The notes: generated from the sequence alone by a model not told the origin. A DNA stretch of 64,000 bases from Dehalococcoidia bacterium (GCA_965206315.1 OZ242210.1:2641619-2705618); one strand, 5' to 3'. Shown: positions 52,408 to 62,353, counted from the stretch's first letter. Made by a program: numbers and translations.

Positions 52408-54689
52408 CCCGCCTCGTCGGGCAGTCGATGCCGTCGCTCGAAGCGCCCGACAAGGCGGCGGGGCGCATCGAGTACATGGCCGACCTGACCGTGCCGAACA
52501 TGGCGCACGCGAAGGTCGTGCGCAGCCCCCTGCCCCACGCGCGCATCGTCTCGGTCGACGCATCGGAGGCGCGGGCGATGCCGGGCGTCGTCTGCGTGCT
52601 GACGCGCGACGAGGTGCGGGCCGACCCGGACATGGAGGAGGTGTACGGCTTCGTCTACCGCGACGCTCCGCTCGTTGCGATGGACAAGGTGCGCCACCAG
52701 GGCGATATCGTCGCGGTGGTGGTCGCCGACGACGCCGACACCGCCGAGGCCGCCGCCGAGTTCGTGGACGTGGAGTACGAGGAGCTGCCCGCGGTGATGA
52801 ACGTGCCGCAGGCGCTGGCGGAGGGCGCCGTGCAGGTGCACGAGGAGTTCTTCCCCATCGCGCCGGAGCTGCGCCCCATCGAGGGCACGAACGTCTGCCA
52901 CCACGCGACGATCGGCTGCGGCGACGTGGAGCAGGGCTTCGCGGAGTCCGACTTCGTCTACGAGGACGAGTTCCTCGCGCCGCCGGTGCAGCACTGCGCG
53001 CTGGACCTGCACGCCGTCATCTCGCAGATAGAGGACGGGCAGATCACGGTGTGGACGAACTGCCAGTCGCCCTTCCCGCTCGGGCGGGAACTGGAGCGCA
53101 TCTTCAAGATGCCCGCGCGCGTCATCATCCCGTACGTGGGCGGCGGGTTCGGGAGCAAGAGCCGCGACCGCATCGAGTGCGTCATCACCGCCGCCGCGAA
53201 GCTGGCAGGGCGTCCGGTGCGCTACGTGATGACCCAGGAAGAGACGTTCATGACGTTCATCCGCCCGGCATACCGGAACCGGATGCGGACGGGCGTGAAG
53301 AAGGACGGCACCATCGTCGCGCGGCACAACGAGTTCTGGGTGGACGTGGGCGGCTACGCCATCAGCGGCGCGCGGAGCGCCAACAACACGCTCAAGGTGG
53401 CGACGGGCCCGTACCGCATCCCGAACGCCCGCGTGGACTGCTACGCCGTCTACACGAACAAGCCGCCTTCCTCGCCGTACCGCGGGCTGCCGACGACGCA
53501 GCATACGATGTCGTACGAGGCGCAGTTCGACCGCATCGCGCGCGACCTCGGCATCGACCGGCTGGAGATACGCCGCAGGAACCTGGTGCGCGACGGCGAC
53601 ATCCACATCACCGGCGACTACCTGCGCTCCGCGCACTCGCACGAGTGCCTGGAGCAGGCGACCGAGGCCATCGGCTGGGACGAGCCGCTGCCGGTCGACC
53701 CGGACGGGAAGAAGCTGCGCGGCAGAGGCGTCTCCTGCACCATCAAGTACACACTCACCCCGGCGCGATTGATGTCCGAGAACAGCGCGGAGGTCGCGCT
53801 CGTCGAGGACGGCGTGTTCGAGGTGCGCATCGGCACGGTGAACATCGGCCAGGGATCGGACACGGTGATGGCGCAGATCGCGGGCGACGCGCTCGGCGTC
53901 GGGCTGGACGCGATTCGCATCGTGCACAGCGACACGTACCGCGTGCCGGTGGACAGCTCGACTACGGCGAGCCGCTCCACGTACCACATGGGCCGCGCGG
54001 TGGTCGAGGCGACGGACAACCTGAAGCCGCAGATGCTCGAAGCAGCCTCGCAACTCCTGGAGCGTGAGGCGGCCAGCCTCGTATTCACACCGGCTGGCAT
54101 CGCCCAGCCGGACGGCGGCGCGGGCGTCACGTACGGCGAACTCGTGGAGCGCGTCGGCGCGCCGCTCGCCGCGACCGGCGACTGCGTGGTCGGCGGCATG
54201 TACGCGGGGCCGGACGGCAAGTCGTACCCCATCGCCTCGACGTTCTGGACGTTCGCGTCGTGCGCCGCCGAGGTGGAGGTCGACACGGAGACGGGCACGG
54301 TGCGCGTCGTGAAGGCGGCGGCATCGGCGACGACCGGCACGGCGGTCAATCCGCACTCCATCGAGACGCAACTGGAGGGCGGCATCGGGCAGGAGATCGG
54401 CCCCACGCTCTTCGAGCAACTGGTCTGGGACGACGGCGGTCAGCTCATCAACGCGGCCCTGCTCGACTACCCGCTGCCAACGATGGAGACGATGCCGGAC
54501 TACGCGCCACGCTACGTCGACCACCCGTTCGAGGGCGGACCGTTCGGCGCGAAGGGCATGGGCGAGATCGGCTCGGTGGTCGTGCCGGGCGCGGTGGTCA
54601 ACGCGGTCTACGACGCGACGGGCGTGCTCTTCCACGAGATACCGTTGGCGCCGCACAAGATCGTGGAAGGGTTGGAGGGGCAACGATGA
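52380..54689 (+). CDS. xanthine dehydrogenase family molybdopterin-binding large subunit
   Basis: LVGQSMPSLEAPDKAAGRIEYMADL, SPYRGLPTTQ and the C-terminal GAKGMGEIG. The start is uncertain (ATG 52380 or nearby) and overlaps the FAD-subunit end. Confidence 0.9.
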   Translation: MCAATGPNVTRLVGQSMPSLEAPDKAAGRIEYMADLTVPNMAHAKVVRSPLPHARIVSVDASEARAMPGVVCVLTRDEVRADPDMEEVYGFVYRDAPLVAMDKVRHQGDIVAVVVADDADTAEAAAEFVDVEYEELPAVMNVPQALAEGAVQVHEEFFPIAPELRPIEGTNVCHHATIGCGDVEQGFAESDFVYEDEFLAPPVQHCALDLHAVISQIEDGQITVWTNCQSPFPLGRELERIFKMPARVIIPYVGGGFGSKSRDRIECVITAAAKLAGRPVRYVMTQEETFMTFIRPAYRNRMRTGVKKDGTIVARHNEFWVDVGGYAISGARSANNTLKVATGPYRIPNARVDCYAVYTNKPPSSPYRGLPTTQHTMSYEAQFDRIARDLGIDRLEIRRRNLVRDGDIHITGDYLRSAHSHECLEQATEAIGWDEPLPVDPDGKKLRGRGVSCTIKYTLTPARLMSENSAEVALVEDGVFEVRIGTVNIGQGSDTVMAQIAGDALGVGLDAIRIVHSDTYRVPVDSSTTASRSTYHMGRAVVEATDNLKPQMLEAASQLLEREAASLVFTPAGIAQPDGGAGVTYGELVERVGAPLAATGDCVVGGMYAGPDGKSYPIASTFWTFASCAAEVEVDTETGTVRVVKAAASATTGTAVNPHSIETQLEGGIGQEIGPTLFEQLVWDDGGQLINAALLDYPLPTMETMPDYAPRYVDHPFEGGPFGAKGMGEIGSVVVPGAVVNAVYDATGVLFHEIPLAPHKIVEGLEGQR

Positions 54690-55156
54690 ACGTGAACCTC
54701 ACCGTGAACGGCGAGACGCTCTCGCTCGACGTGCCGCCGTCCACGACGCTGCTCGACCTGCTGCGCGACCGGCTCGGCCTGCACGGCACGAAGGAGTACT
54801 GCCACAGCGGCGTCTGCGGCGCGTGCACCGTGCTCGCGGACGGCAAGGCGGTCAGTTCGTGCAGCATGCTCGCCGGACAGGTGGACGGCGCGGACGTGCT
54901 CACCATCGAGGGGCTGACACCCGACGAGGGGCTGCACCCGATCCAGCAGGCGTTCGTGGACAACTTCGGGCTCCAGTGCGGCTACTGCACCCCAGGCATG
55001 ATCCTGCTCGCGAAGGCGCTGCTCGACGAGAACCCGGCCCCGACGCGCGAGGAGATCATCCGCTACATGGGCGGCAACATCTGCCGTTGCACCGGCTACG
55101 CGGGCATCCTGCGGTCGGTCGAAGCCGCAGTCAAGGAGCGCGGCTCGTGGAGCTGA
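54686..55156 (+). CDS. (2Fe-2S)-binding small subunit
   Basis: ATGA overlap with the large subunit. CHSGVCGACTV and QCGYCTPGM...CRCTGY motifs. Confidence 0.9.
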   Translation: MNVNLTVNGETLSLDVPPSTTLLDLLRDRLGLHGTKEYCHSGVCGACTVLADGKAVSSCSMLAGQVDGADVLTIEGLTPDEGLHPIQQAFVDNFGLQCGYCTPGMILLAKALLDENPAPTREEIIRYMGGNICRCTGYAGILRSVEAAVKERGSWS

Positions 55157-55593
55157 CCGACCGCTTCGACGTCGGCGCATCGCCCGCCGAGGCGTGGGCG
55201 TTCTTCTGGGACCTGCCCCGCGTCGCGAAGTGCCTGCCGGGCTGCGAGAGCATCGAGGACGCGGGCGGCGGGGCGTACCACGCGCGGATGACGCAGCGCG
55301 TGGGGCCGTTCAAGGTGACGCTGGACATGGAGATGCGCATCGACGAGGCGGAGGAGGGGCAGCGGGTGGTCGTGAGCGGCAACGGGAAGGACCGCATGGG
55401 AAACCGGCTCCACGTCAACCGGCTCGCGCTCGAGCTGAGTGAGCCGTCGCCGGGCCGGACCGAGGTGAACTATGCGATGGACTTCAACCTGTACGGGCGT
55501 CTCGCGACGCTCGGCAACACGGCGGTGAAGCGCAAATCCGAAGAGATCCGCGCTGAGTTCAGCCGCCGTATCGCGGAGGAGCTGGGAGGCTGA
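55147..55593 (+). CDS. CoxG-like SRPBCC family protein
   Basis: The GTG start overlaps the small-subunit end. FDVGASPAEAWAFFWDLPRVAKCLPGCESIE is typical of carbon monoxide dehydrogenase subunit G-like proteins. Confidence 0.8.
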   Translation: MELTDRFDVGASPAEAWAFFWDLPRVAKCLPGCESIEDAGGGAYHARMTQRVGPFKVTLDMEMRIDEAEEGQRVVVSGNGKDRMGNRLHVNRLALELSEPSPGRTEVNYAMDFNLYGRLATLGNTAVKRKSEEIRAEFSRRIAEELGG

Positions 55594-55603
55594 GGGGGAC
55601 GGC

Positions 55604-56725
55604 ATGAGCCAGGCTGAACTAGACCGCCGCATCCACCAGGTGCTCTCCGAGTTCGAACTGGTGGGGCCGTTCTTCGCAGGCTACCCGGTCAACCAGGACT
55701 TCGACTACTCCGCGCTCTATCCCCTGCTGCGCTTCGCCGCGAACAACGTAGGCGACCCGTTCGGCTACTCGCGCTACCAGGCGAACACGCACGAGACGGA
55801 GCGCGAGGTGGTGCGAACGGTCGCGGAGCTGATGCGGCTGCCGCCGGATGAGGCCTGGGGGTACGTCACCGCAGGCGGGACCGAGGGCAACATGTACGGC
55901 ATCTACGTGGGGCGAGAGATGCTGCGCAGCCCGATCGCCTATTTCTCGCAGGACACGCACTACTCGGTGCTCAAGATCCTGCACATCCTGAACATACGCA
56001 ACATCATGATCCGCAGCCAGGAGAACGGCGAGATCGACTACGACGACCTACGCGAGTCGATCCGCATCAACCGCGACGCGCCGGCGCTGATCGTGGCGAA
56101 CATCGGCACCACGATGAAGGGCGCCGTGGACGACCTCGAACGCATCGGGGGCATCGTCGAGGAACTGGCGCTGACGCGCTACTACATCCACGCCGACGCA
56201 GCGCTGAGCGGGATGATCCTGCCGTTCGTGGACGACCCCCAGCCGTTCGGCTTCGACAACGGGATACACAGCATCGCGGTATCCGGTCACAAGATGATCG
56301 GTTCGCCGTTGCCGTGCGGCGTCGTCATAACGAGGCGGGAGTACACCGCGCAGATCGGCCGCGCCATCGAATACGTGGGCGCCCTGGACACCACGCTGCT
56401 CGGTTCGCGCAACGCGGTCACTCCGATGATCATCTGGTATTCGCTGACCAAGCACGGGCGGGAGGGATTCCGGCAGATCGTGGCGGAGATGCTCGACACG
56501 GCCGAATATGCGGTGCAGCAGTTCAACGCGAACGGCATACCCGCCTGGCGTACGAGGAACAGCCCCATCGTCGTCATCCCCCGCCCCTCTCCGCAGGTGC
56601 TCTTCCAGTGGCAACTCGCGCCCTTGGGCGACATCGCTCACCTGATCACCATGCCCCACGTCACCCGCGAGATGATCGACAAGGTCATCGCCGATTGCCT
56701 GACACAGCAGCCAACCGACACATGA
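55604..56725 (+). CDS. hdc: PLP-dependent group II decarboxylase, histidine-decarboxylase type
   Basis: 373-aa ORF. TAGGTEGNMYG, and the lysine motif AVSGHKMIGSPLPCGVV closely resembles bacterial PLP-type histidine decarboxylases. Confidence 0.8.
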   Translation: MSQAELDRRIHQVLSEFELVGPFFAGYPVNQDFDYSALYPLLRFAANNVGDPFGYSRYQANTHETEREVVRTVAELMRLPPDEAWGYVTAGGTEGNMYGIYVGREMLRSPIAYFSQDTHYSVLKILHILNIRNIMIRSQENGEIDYDDLRESIRINRDAPALIVANIGTTMKGAVDDLERIGGIVEELALTRYYIHADAALSGMILPFVDDPQPFGFDNGIHSIAVSGHKMIGSPLPCGVVITRREYTAQIGRAIEYVGALDTTLLGSRNAVTPMIIWYSLTKHGREGFRQIVAEMLDTAEYAVQQFNANGIPAWRTRNSPIVVIPRPSPQVLFQWQLAPLGDIAHLITMPHVTREMIDKVIADCLTQQPTDT

Positions 56726-57147
56726 GCCAGCAGCCCACAGACCAACCGGCGCCCAGCCGCCGCATCATCGTCATCGTGCCCGACAGGCCGGGGCAACTGG
56801 CGCGCGTCACCGTGGCGCTCGCCGAAGAGGAGATCAACATCGAGGCGATCGACGGGCGGCGCGCGGGCGAACTGGGCGTCATCACGCTGACCACCAGCGA
56901 CGACGACGCGGCGCTGCTTGCCCTGCTGAAGGCCAACCTGCGCGCGGTCACGTCGGACGCGGTCGTTTTTCACCTGCCCGACCGGCCCGGCGCACTCGCC
57001 GGCGTCGCGCAACTCTTCGAGCAGCACGATCTGAACGTGCGCACCATCCACATCATGCACCGCCTGGCAGGACAGGCCATCGTCGCAGTCACAACCAGCG
57101 ACGACGACCTGGCGCGAACGCTACTCGACAGCGAGTCGCTGCTGTAG
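56722..57147 (+). CDS. tandem ACT-domain protein
   Basis: ATGA overlap with the decarboxylase. Two units match the ACT pattern (IIVIVPDRPGQLARVTVALAEEEINIEAI and VVFHLPDRPGALAGVAQLFEQHDLNVRTI). Confidence 0.75.
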   Translation: MSQQPTDQPAPSRRIIVIVPDRPGQLARVTVALAEEEINIEAIDGRRAGELGVITLTTSDDDAALLALLKANLRAVTSDAVVFHLPDRPGALAGVAQLFEQHDLNVRTIHIMHRLAGQAIVAVTTSDDDLARTLLDSESLL

Positions 57148-57268
57148 CCCGGCGCAGGCCGATGCTATGCGCTCTGTTAATTTCATCAAACCGTAATCGA
57201 TAAAGGCATATATGTAACGGTTTCGTCACAGCAAATACCTGTAGGATGGTCTGTGGGCCGGTACAGCC

Positions 57269-58927
57269 ATGCAGCCCACAGCACCCGATATGGAAACGCA
57301 TCCCCTCTCCACTCCCGCTCATCTCGCCGTATCCCTGCTGGCGCTCGCGGCCCTGTCTCTGGCGGCCTGTGCCCCTGCAGAGGCAGACTTGGAGGCCACT
57401 GTCGAGGCCCAAACCCGCGAACGGGTGCAGGCGACCATCGATGCGATGCCTACGTCGACTCCGACTCCTGCACCTACGGCGACTCCGACCCCAACGGCTA
57501 CCCCGACACCGACGCCTGCGGCTACCGCGACTCCGGCGCCCACCGCCACTCCGACCCCCACGGCTACTCCGGCCCCCACATCCACACCCACGCCGCGCCC
57601 GACCCCAACGCGCGCGCCGCCATACGCCCCTCGTCCGAACCAGGCCGTAAGCGACCCCTGGGAAGAGGCGCAGCAGGGGCTGCGGGAGCTCAAGCGTCCG
57701 GACCGGGATCCTGCCGCAGCCGCCGCCATCGAGTCCCTGGGCTGGGTTGCCGACGGGATACGTGAATCGCGACGCGAACAGTCCGCCGTCGTCGACCTCC
57801 TGTCCCTCGCCAGGCATGGGTCGGGCGACTTTCTGCAGGCGCTGACCACAACGCCGTGGCTCCAGGACGATCTGACGCTCAACGAGCTGTTTGTGCTGAG
57901 GCAGCTGATCAGCGTTGCATACGACAATGGACCGGCGGCAGTGCGGCTCCTGGGGATGCCGTTCCTGGAACGGATAGAACGCCTGGACTCCGTAGCCCTC
58001 TCGCCGTTCTACGAGTTGCAGCAGGACAACGTACTGGACACCGCGCTGGAGCACCCTGCACTGCGTGACGGCATCACGGAAGCCCAGAGGGGCATCGTCG
58101 CCGCGCTGAAGCCCTGGGTCGTACGGGACCCCGCAATGATGACGAGGCTATTCGACACCGAGCGGACCGTCGTGGCGGAGAAGGTGGTCTCGTTCCCCCT
58201 GAGCGGCGAGGTAGCCCTGTCGGTCACCTGGCCCGCCGAGGGAGCATCCGCGGAGAAGGCTTCCCGCACGCTGGCTCTGTTGGAGGACATCGTCTCCACG
58301 TTCGAGGGGTTCATGGACGCGCCCTACCCGCACGAGCACGTTACAGCGCTGGTCGTCGGCCGCACGTGGGGGCTCTTCTTCGGCAGCGGAGGGGAGCACT
58401 TCATCCTGATCCCCGAATACCACGACCATCCCGGGTTCCTGGCCCGCACGATCGCGGGCGAGTACTGGGCCGGTTACGCGCCGCCCTGGGTGGGCGGCGG
58501 AGCCCGGAGCTTCATGGCCGGGATGTACCCCGCGCTTCGCGGCGATGCGGCGGTCCCGTCGCCGCGGTTGTGCGAGCATGCCGCCAACATCCGCGAGATG
58601 CTGCACCACCCTGACCATCGGTCCTGGGACTACCTCTGCGGGCCCCTCCTGGGAGAGGGCGTGTTCATCGACCTCTACCTGGCGATGGGAGACGAGGCGT
58701 TCAGGAAGGCGTTCAAGCAATTGCAGGTGTGGTGGAACGACCAGGCGCTCTATGTCCGGTGCTTCAGCGCCCCGGACAGCGGCCTGTGCTACGTCGATAC
58801 GGCATTCCTGGACGGCCTCACGCCGGGACTCACGGAGGAGGACGTCCGCCTCGCCCGACCGGTCATCAACCGGCACTACTACGGGAGCGAAACACGTCCC
58901 ACGCCTACGCCCGCACCTTCCGGATGA
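57269..58927 (+). CDS. lipoprotein with a Thr/Pro linker; degenerate (HExxH-less) paralogue of the next gene
   Basis: Lipobox LSLAACAP with a TP linker. It shares repeat modules (LGWVADGI, MPFLE, HPALRDGIT). The site aligned to HEAAH reads AGEYW. Confidence 0.75.
   Translation: MQPTAPDMETHPLSTPAHLAVSLLALAALSLAACAPAEADLEATVEAQTRERVQATIDAMPTSTPTPAPTATPTPTATPTPTPAATATPAPTATPTPTATPAPTSTPTPRPTPTRAPPYAPRPNQAVSDPWEEAQQGLRELKRPDRDPAAAAAIESLGWVADGIRESRREQSAVVDLLSLARHGSGDFLQALTTTPWLQDDLTLNELFVLRQLISVAYDNGPAAVRLLGMPFLERIERLDSVALSPFYELQQDNVLDTALEHPALRDGITEAQRGIVAALKPWVVRDPAMMTRLFDTERTVVAEKVVSFPLSGEVALSVTWPAEGASAEKASRTLALLEDIVSTFEGFMDAPYPHEHVTALVVGRTWGLFFGSGGEHFILIPEYHDHPGFLARTIAGEYWAGYAPPWVGGGARSFMAGMYPALRGDAAVPSPRLCEHAANIREMLHHPDHRSWDYLCGPLLGEGVFIDLYLAMGDEAFRKAFKQLQVWWNDQALYVRCFSAPDSGLCYVDTAFLDGLTPGLTEEDVRLARPVINRHYYGSETRPTPTPAPSG
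57449..57617. repeat. low-complexity coding repeat (Thr/Pro linker)
   Basis: Short-period acgccgac/ccgactcc-type repeats encode [54 protein letters not shown]. Confidence 0.85.
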
Positions 58928-61365
58928 GGAACCCTATGCGTCTCATGGCATCGCTCACCGTTCTGCTGCTCCTGGCGTGCTCGCCCGAGCCGCCCGACCT
59001 GGAGCCAACGGTGGAGGCCGTCGTCAGGGCGACCATCGACGCCGCGTACCCGGCCACGCCAACGAGTACCCCGGCGCCGGCCGCCACGTCGACGCCCACC
59101 GCCACACCGACGCCCAGCGCCACGCCGACGCCAACGGACACTCCGACTCCAGCGGCCACGCCCACGCCCACAAGCGGACCGACGCCAACTGCCACACCGG
59201 CATCCACGTCCACGCCGACTCCGGCGCCCTCGCCAACGCCCAGACCGGACCCCACCTGCATACCCAACCTCGGACAACTGTCGCCCGAGCAGGCGCAGCG
59301 GATCGCGGGCCTGACGTGGCCGCGCTTCTCGGTCGAGGCATTGGAGCGCCTTGCGGTGCGTTCTCCGGCGGCGTTCCAGGTCTGGCTGGAGCGTTTCGGA
59401 GACGACCCCCCGCACGTAGCCGTGACCGAGGCCTTCACACTCCTGGCGGTGTGCGACGAGGCGGCCGCCGTGCAGATCGCCGGGATGCCATTCCTGGACG
59501 ACGCCGGCCTGGGCCACGAGTTCGCGTTCAACGATCAGATGATCCTGGAGGCGCTGGTAGGACTGGCACGGGCCGACCTTGACAGTCTTACCAGGGTGCT
59601 CTCTCACCCCGAACTGCAGGGCGGGATCACCGATGCGTCAACCGCTCCCGTCCTGTTGCTAGCCCTCGGACAGGAAGACCCGGCAGCGGCAGCGGCGATA
59701 CGGGCACTGCCGTGGGTCGCGGACGGCATCACGAACCCGAAAGACGCGGTGACGTATGGCATGAGAGATGTCAACTACTACCAGGAGTGGCCGTATAAGG
59801 CCATGGAAGACGAGACCAGGCACGTGGTCAGGCTGGTGTGGATGGTGGAGCGCGCCCCCGGATCGTTCCGGGCATTCATGGACATACCGTGGGTACGGGA
59901 CGGGTATGGATGGACCGAGTACTACATTATCGAAGGACTCAGCCGCCTGGCATACCGGGACGACGAGTCGACAGCGCGCATCCTTCGGATGCCGTTCCTG
60001 GAAACTCCCGGAGGGGACGACGGAGAGATCCTCTCGCTGCTGTCGAATAGCGAGCATGAAGGCGCTCTTGCCGGAGTCCTGTCCAGTCCCCGGCTCGAGG
60101 GGGGCATCAAGGACGATCACCTGGCCGAGGTGACGTTGGCATATGTCGAGACTCAGGACCGGGATGCAGCCGCTGCCCTGGACGGCCTCGCCTGGGTCCG
60201 GGACGGTGTCCATCCATCGGAACAGGAGGCGGTTCTGGCGCTCGCGGGTGCTGCAGTGGAATCCCCGCCGCTCCTCCGCGCCCTGCTCGCCGCGGACTGG
60301 GTATGGGACGGCCTCACGCAAGCCGAATCACGGGCTGTCAGATCCCTCACGCTCATGGCGAGGCCGCGCCTGAGCGAGCCGATGGAGTCGACGGCGTTGC
60401 GCGTCCTCGACATGCCGTTCCTCAGGGGGGAGATAACGTCACTGGATGCGTTGGCCGTAACCGCCCTCTATCTGCTCGGCCACGCGGTCGTGGAAGGCAC
60501 CCTGCAGAAAGTGCTGTCACACCCGGAACTGCGCAGCGGCATCACCGACGAGTGGACGGACCGTGTGGCGGTCCTGTATCTGACGAACATCGACCACACG
60601 CTGCCCGACACCGTGCTGGATCCTGAGCAGACCTCAGCCGAGAAGCGGGTGGTCACGCTCCCACACACGGGCGAGGTGACGTTGCACGTGATCGAGCCCA
60701 GGGGGCCTGGAGCGTCATCCGGCGGGCCGATGGACCTGCTGGAGCACGCGGTGCGTACGCACGAGGAGTTCATGGGCCTGCCGTTCCCTGAGCGTGACCC
60801 CATCCTGTTCATCACCGGTATCACCCGCGCCCGCGGAGCGCATTTCGGCAACGGTCTCTTCACATCCGCTTCAAGGAACAGCGCATCCACTATCGCCCAC
60901 GAGGCGGCGCATACCTGGCGCCTCGCGCCCGGTTGGTTGAACAGGCCGGTCAGATGGATGGTGGAAGGAGGAGCACAGTTCCTGACCTATATCTCAGAGA
61001 AAGCCCGCACCGGTGCGCCGCTGCCCGAAGCGGCGAGCTCATGCAGCCTCGCCAACAACATCTCCGAGCTGGTCGAACTCGAACTGGACCCGGACGTGAT
61101 CTATCAATCGGCCTGCAACTACAGGCTGGGGGAGGGGCTGTTCCTAGAGCTCTACGATAGGCTGGGGGATACCGCATTCCGGCAAGGGTTCCGCAATCTG
61201 CACCTGGTCGGCACGGGACAGGAGGGGGTAGAGGACGCTCAGGACGAGTGCACCGGAGACGATGCAGCGGTGTGCTACTTCAAGGCGGTCTTCCTCTCAG
61301 GAATGGCCCCAGAGCAGTCGGCCGTCGCCGAGGAGATCATCGACCGCAGGTATTACGGCCGCTAG
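58924..61365 (+). CDS. lipoprotein with a Thr/Pro linker, repeated helical modules and an HExxH (gluzincin-like) motif
   Basis: The ATG overlaps the previous stop (ATGA). Lipobox LLLLACSP. It has repeated LPWVADGI / MPFL / HPEL.GGITD modules, then TIAHEAAHTW...WMVEGGAQF. Confidence 0.75.
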   Translation: MRNPMRLMASLTVLLLLACSPEPPDLEPTVEAVVRATIDAAYPATPTSTPAPAATSTPTATPTPSATPTPTDTPTPAATPTPTSGPTPTATPASTSTPTPAPSPTPRPDPTCIPNLGQLSPEQAQRIAGLTWPRFSVEALERLAVRSPAAFQVWLERFGDDPPHVAVTEAFTLLAVCDEAAAVQIAGMPFLDDAGLGHEFAFNDQMILEALVGLARADLDSLTRVLSHPELQGGITDASTAPVLLLALGQEDPAAAAAIRALPWVADGITNPKDAVTYGMRDVNYYQEWPYKAMEDETRHVVRLVWMVERAPGSFRAFMDIPWVRDGYGWTEYYIIEGLSRLAYRDDESTARILRMPFLETPGGDDGEILSLLSNSEHEGALAGVLSSPRLEGGIKDDHLAEVTLAYVETQDRDAAAALDGLAWVRDGVHPSEQEAVLALAGAAVESPPLLRALLAADWVWDGLTQAESRAVRSLTLMARPRLSEPMESTALRVLDMPFLRGEITSLDALAVTALYLLGHAVVEGTLQKVLSHPELRSGITDEWTDRVAVLYLTNIDHTLPDTVLDPEQTSAEKRVVTLPHTGEVTLHVIEPRGPGASSGGPMDLLEHAVRTHEEFMGLPFPERDPILFITGITRARGAHFGNGLFTSASRNSASTIAHEAAHTWRLAPGWLNRPVRWMVEGGAQFLTYISEKARTGAPLPEAASSCSLANNISELVELELDPDVIYQSACNYRLGEGLFLELYDRLGDTAFRQGFRNLHLVGTGQEGVEDAQDECTGDDAAVCYFKAVFLSGMAPEQSAVAEEIIDRRYYGR
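59050..59251. repeat. low-complexity coding repeat (Thr/Pro linker)
   Basis: It encodes [69 protein letters not shown]. Confidence 0.85.
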
Positions 61366-61420
61366 CGCCGGGTTCAGCCGCCGCATCGCGGAGGAGCCAG
61401 GCTAGGGTTCGAGGTACGCG

Positions 61421-62185
61421 CTAAGTGTTGAGATAGACGCGGCGCGATACCTCCGTGAAGCCGAGCTTCTTGGCCACGCGCAGTGACGCCGCGTTGCCCT
61501 CGCCCGCGCTCCATACGGGAGTCCGTCCCTGCTCCTGGAGCCGTCGCGTCACAATGCTCGCGGATGCGGAGGCGAAGCCCCGCCCACGCCACTCCTCGTC
61601 GGTGGCCACGCCGATATCACCGTACCGCGCCGTCACGGCATTCGTGTATGCGATGGCCACCAGCCAGCCCCCCACCACTGCACCAGCTGCCAGCCCGCTC
61701 GTCAGCAGGTCATTGAGTGTTGCAGAGCCCATTCCCGAAAGGCTGTATCGGTATGCGGATAGCAAACCCATGTCGCCGAAGTCCAGCAGCCGCACCTCGG
61801 GGACAGTGAACTCGCTCACCGGTCCCTCCAGCGTGTGGTAGACGTCGCCGTAGTGTCGGACACTGACGCCCACCTCGCGCTCCATGAGTCCTGCCAACGG
61901 AAGTGCGAGGTCCGCCGGCACGTTGGGCGACATCGGCTCCCGGCCCCACTCGTTGAGCGGGCGTAGCAGTTCCCACACGGCGGACGGGTCGCTGCTGAAG
62001 CACCACGGTTCGTGCGGCAATGAGTGCGACCTGACGACCACACCGTCGAACAGCGGCGCGGCACCTGCGACGTACGCATCAGCAAGACCGCGCTGCAACA
62101 GGTAGGCCGGGATGGCAGTCTCCGGCGTATCGCCGAGCGCATCAGCCAGGAGGTCGCGCTCTGCCTGTGTCTGGAGGAGAGTCAC
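61421..62185 (-). CDS. GNAT family N-acetyltransferase (C-terminal GNAT domain)
   Basis: GTG start. IGVATDEEWRGRGFASASASIV...NAASLRVAKKLGF is the acetyl-CoA-binding motif. Confidence 0.75.
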   Translation of the reverse strand: MTLLQTQAERDLLADALGDTPETAIPAYLLQRGLADAYVAGAAPLFDGVVVRSHSLPHEPWCFSSDPSAVWELLRPLNEWGREPMSPNVPADLALPLAGLMEREVGVSVRHYGDVYHTLEGPVSEFTVPEVRLLDFGDMGLLSAYRYSLSGMGSATLNDLLTSGLAAGAVVGGWLVAIAYTNAVTARYGDIGVATDEEWRGRGFASASASIVTRRLQEQGRTPVWSAGEGNAASLRVAKKLGFTEVSRRVYLNT

Positions 62186-62210
62186 GGAATCATTCTACGC
62201 ACTGCGCACT

Positions 62211-62326
62211 GCGTGACCTGCAGTCACCGTGGATTCCCGCTTTCGCGGGAATGACGAAGCAGGGGCGGGCTGCGAGGTTCCTGCCTGCACGGGAACGACG
62301 TAAGGGCGCCCGCGAAGGGCGCCCCA
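62211..62326. repeat. intergenic repeat cluster (A-long inverted, A', C-like)
   Basis: The cluster contains gcgtgacctgcagtcaccgtggattcccgctttcgcgggaatgacg, gcgaggttcctgcctgcacgggaacgacg and gggcgcccgcgaagggcgcccc. Confidence 0.9.
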
Positions 62327-62353
62327 GCATCAGAGATAGGGTTCAGCGCGCGC

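Noticed and set aside
51990-54683. 897-aa minus-strand ORF; the similar cases are 37636-39954 (+), 19225-21264 (+), 17028-18728 (-), 34390-35820 (+) and 3419-5023 (+)
   Set aside because: All of these are antisense shadows of strongly supported genes (Mo-hydroxylase large subunits, amidohydrolases, bicupins). Their compositions are Arg/Asp/Val/His-rich with no motifs.
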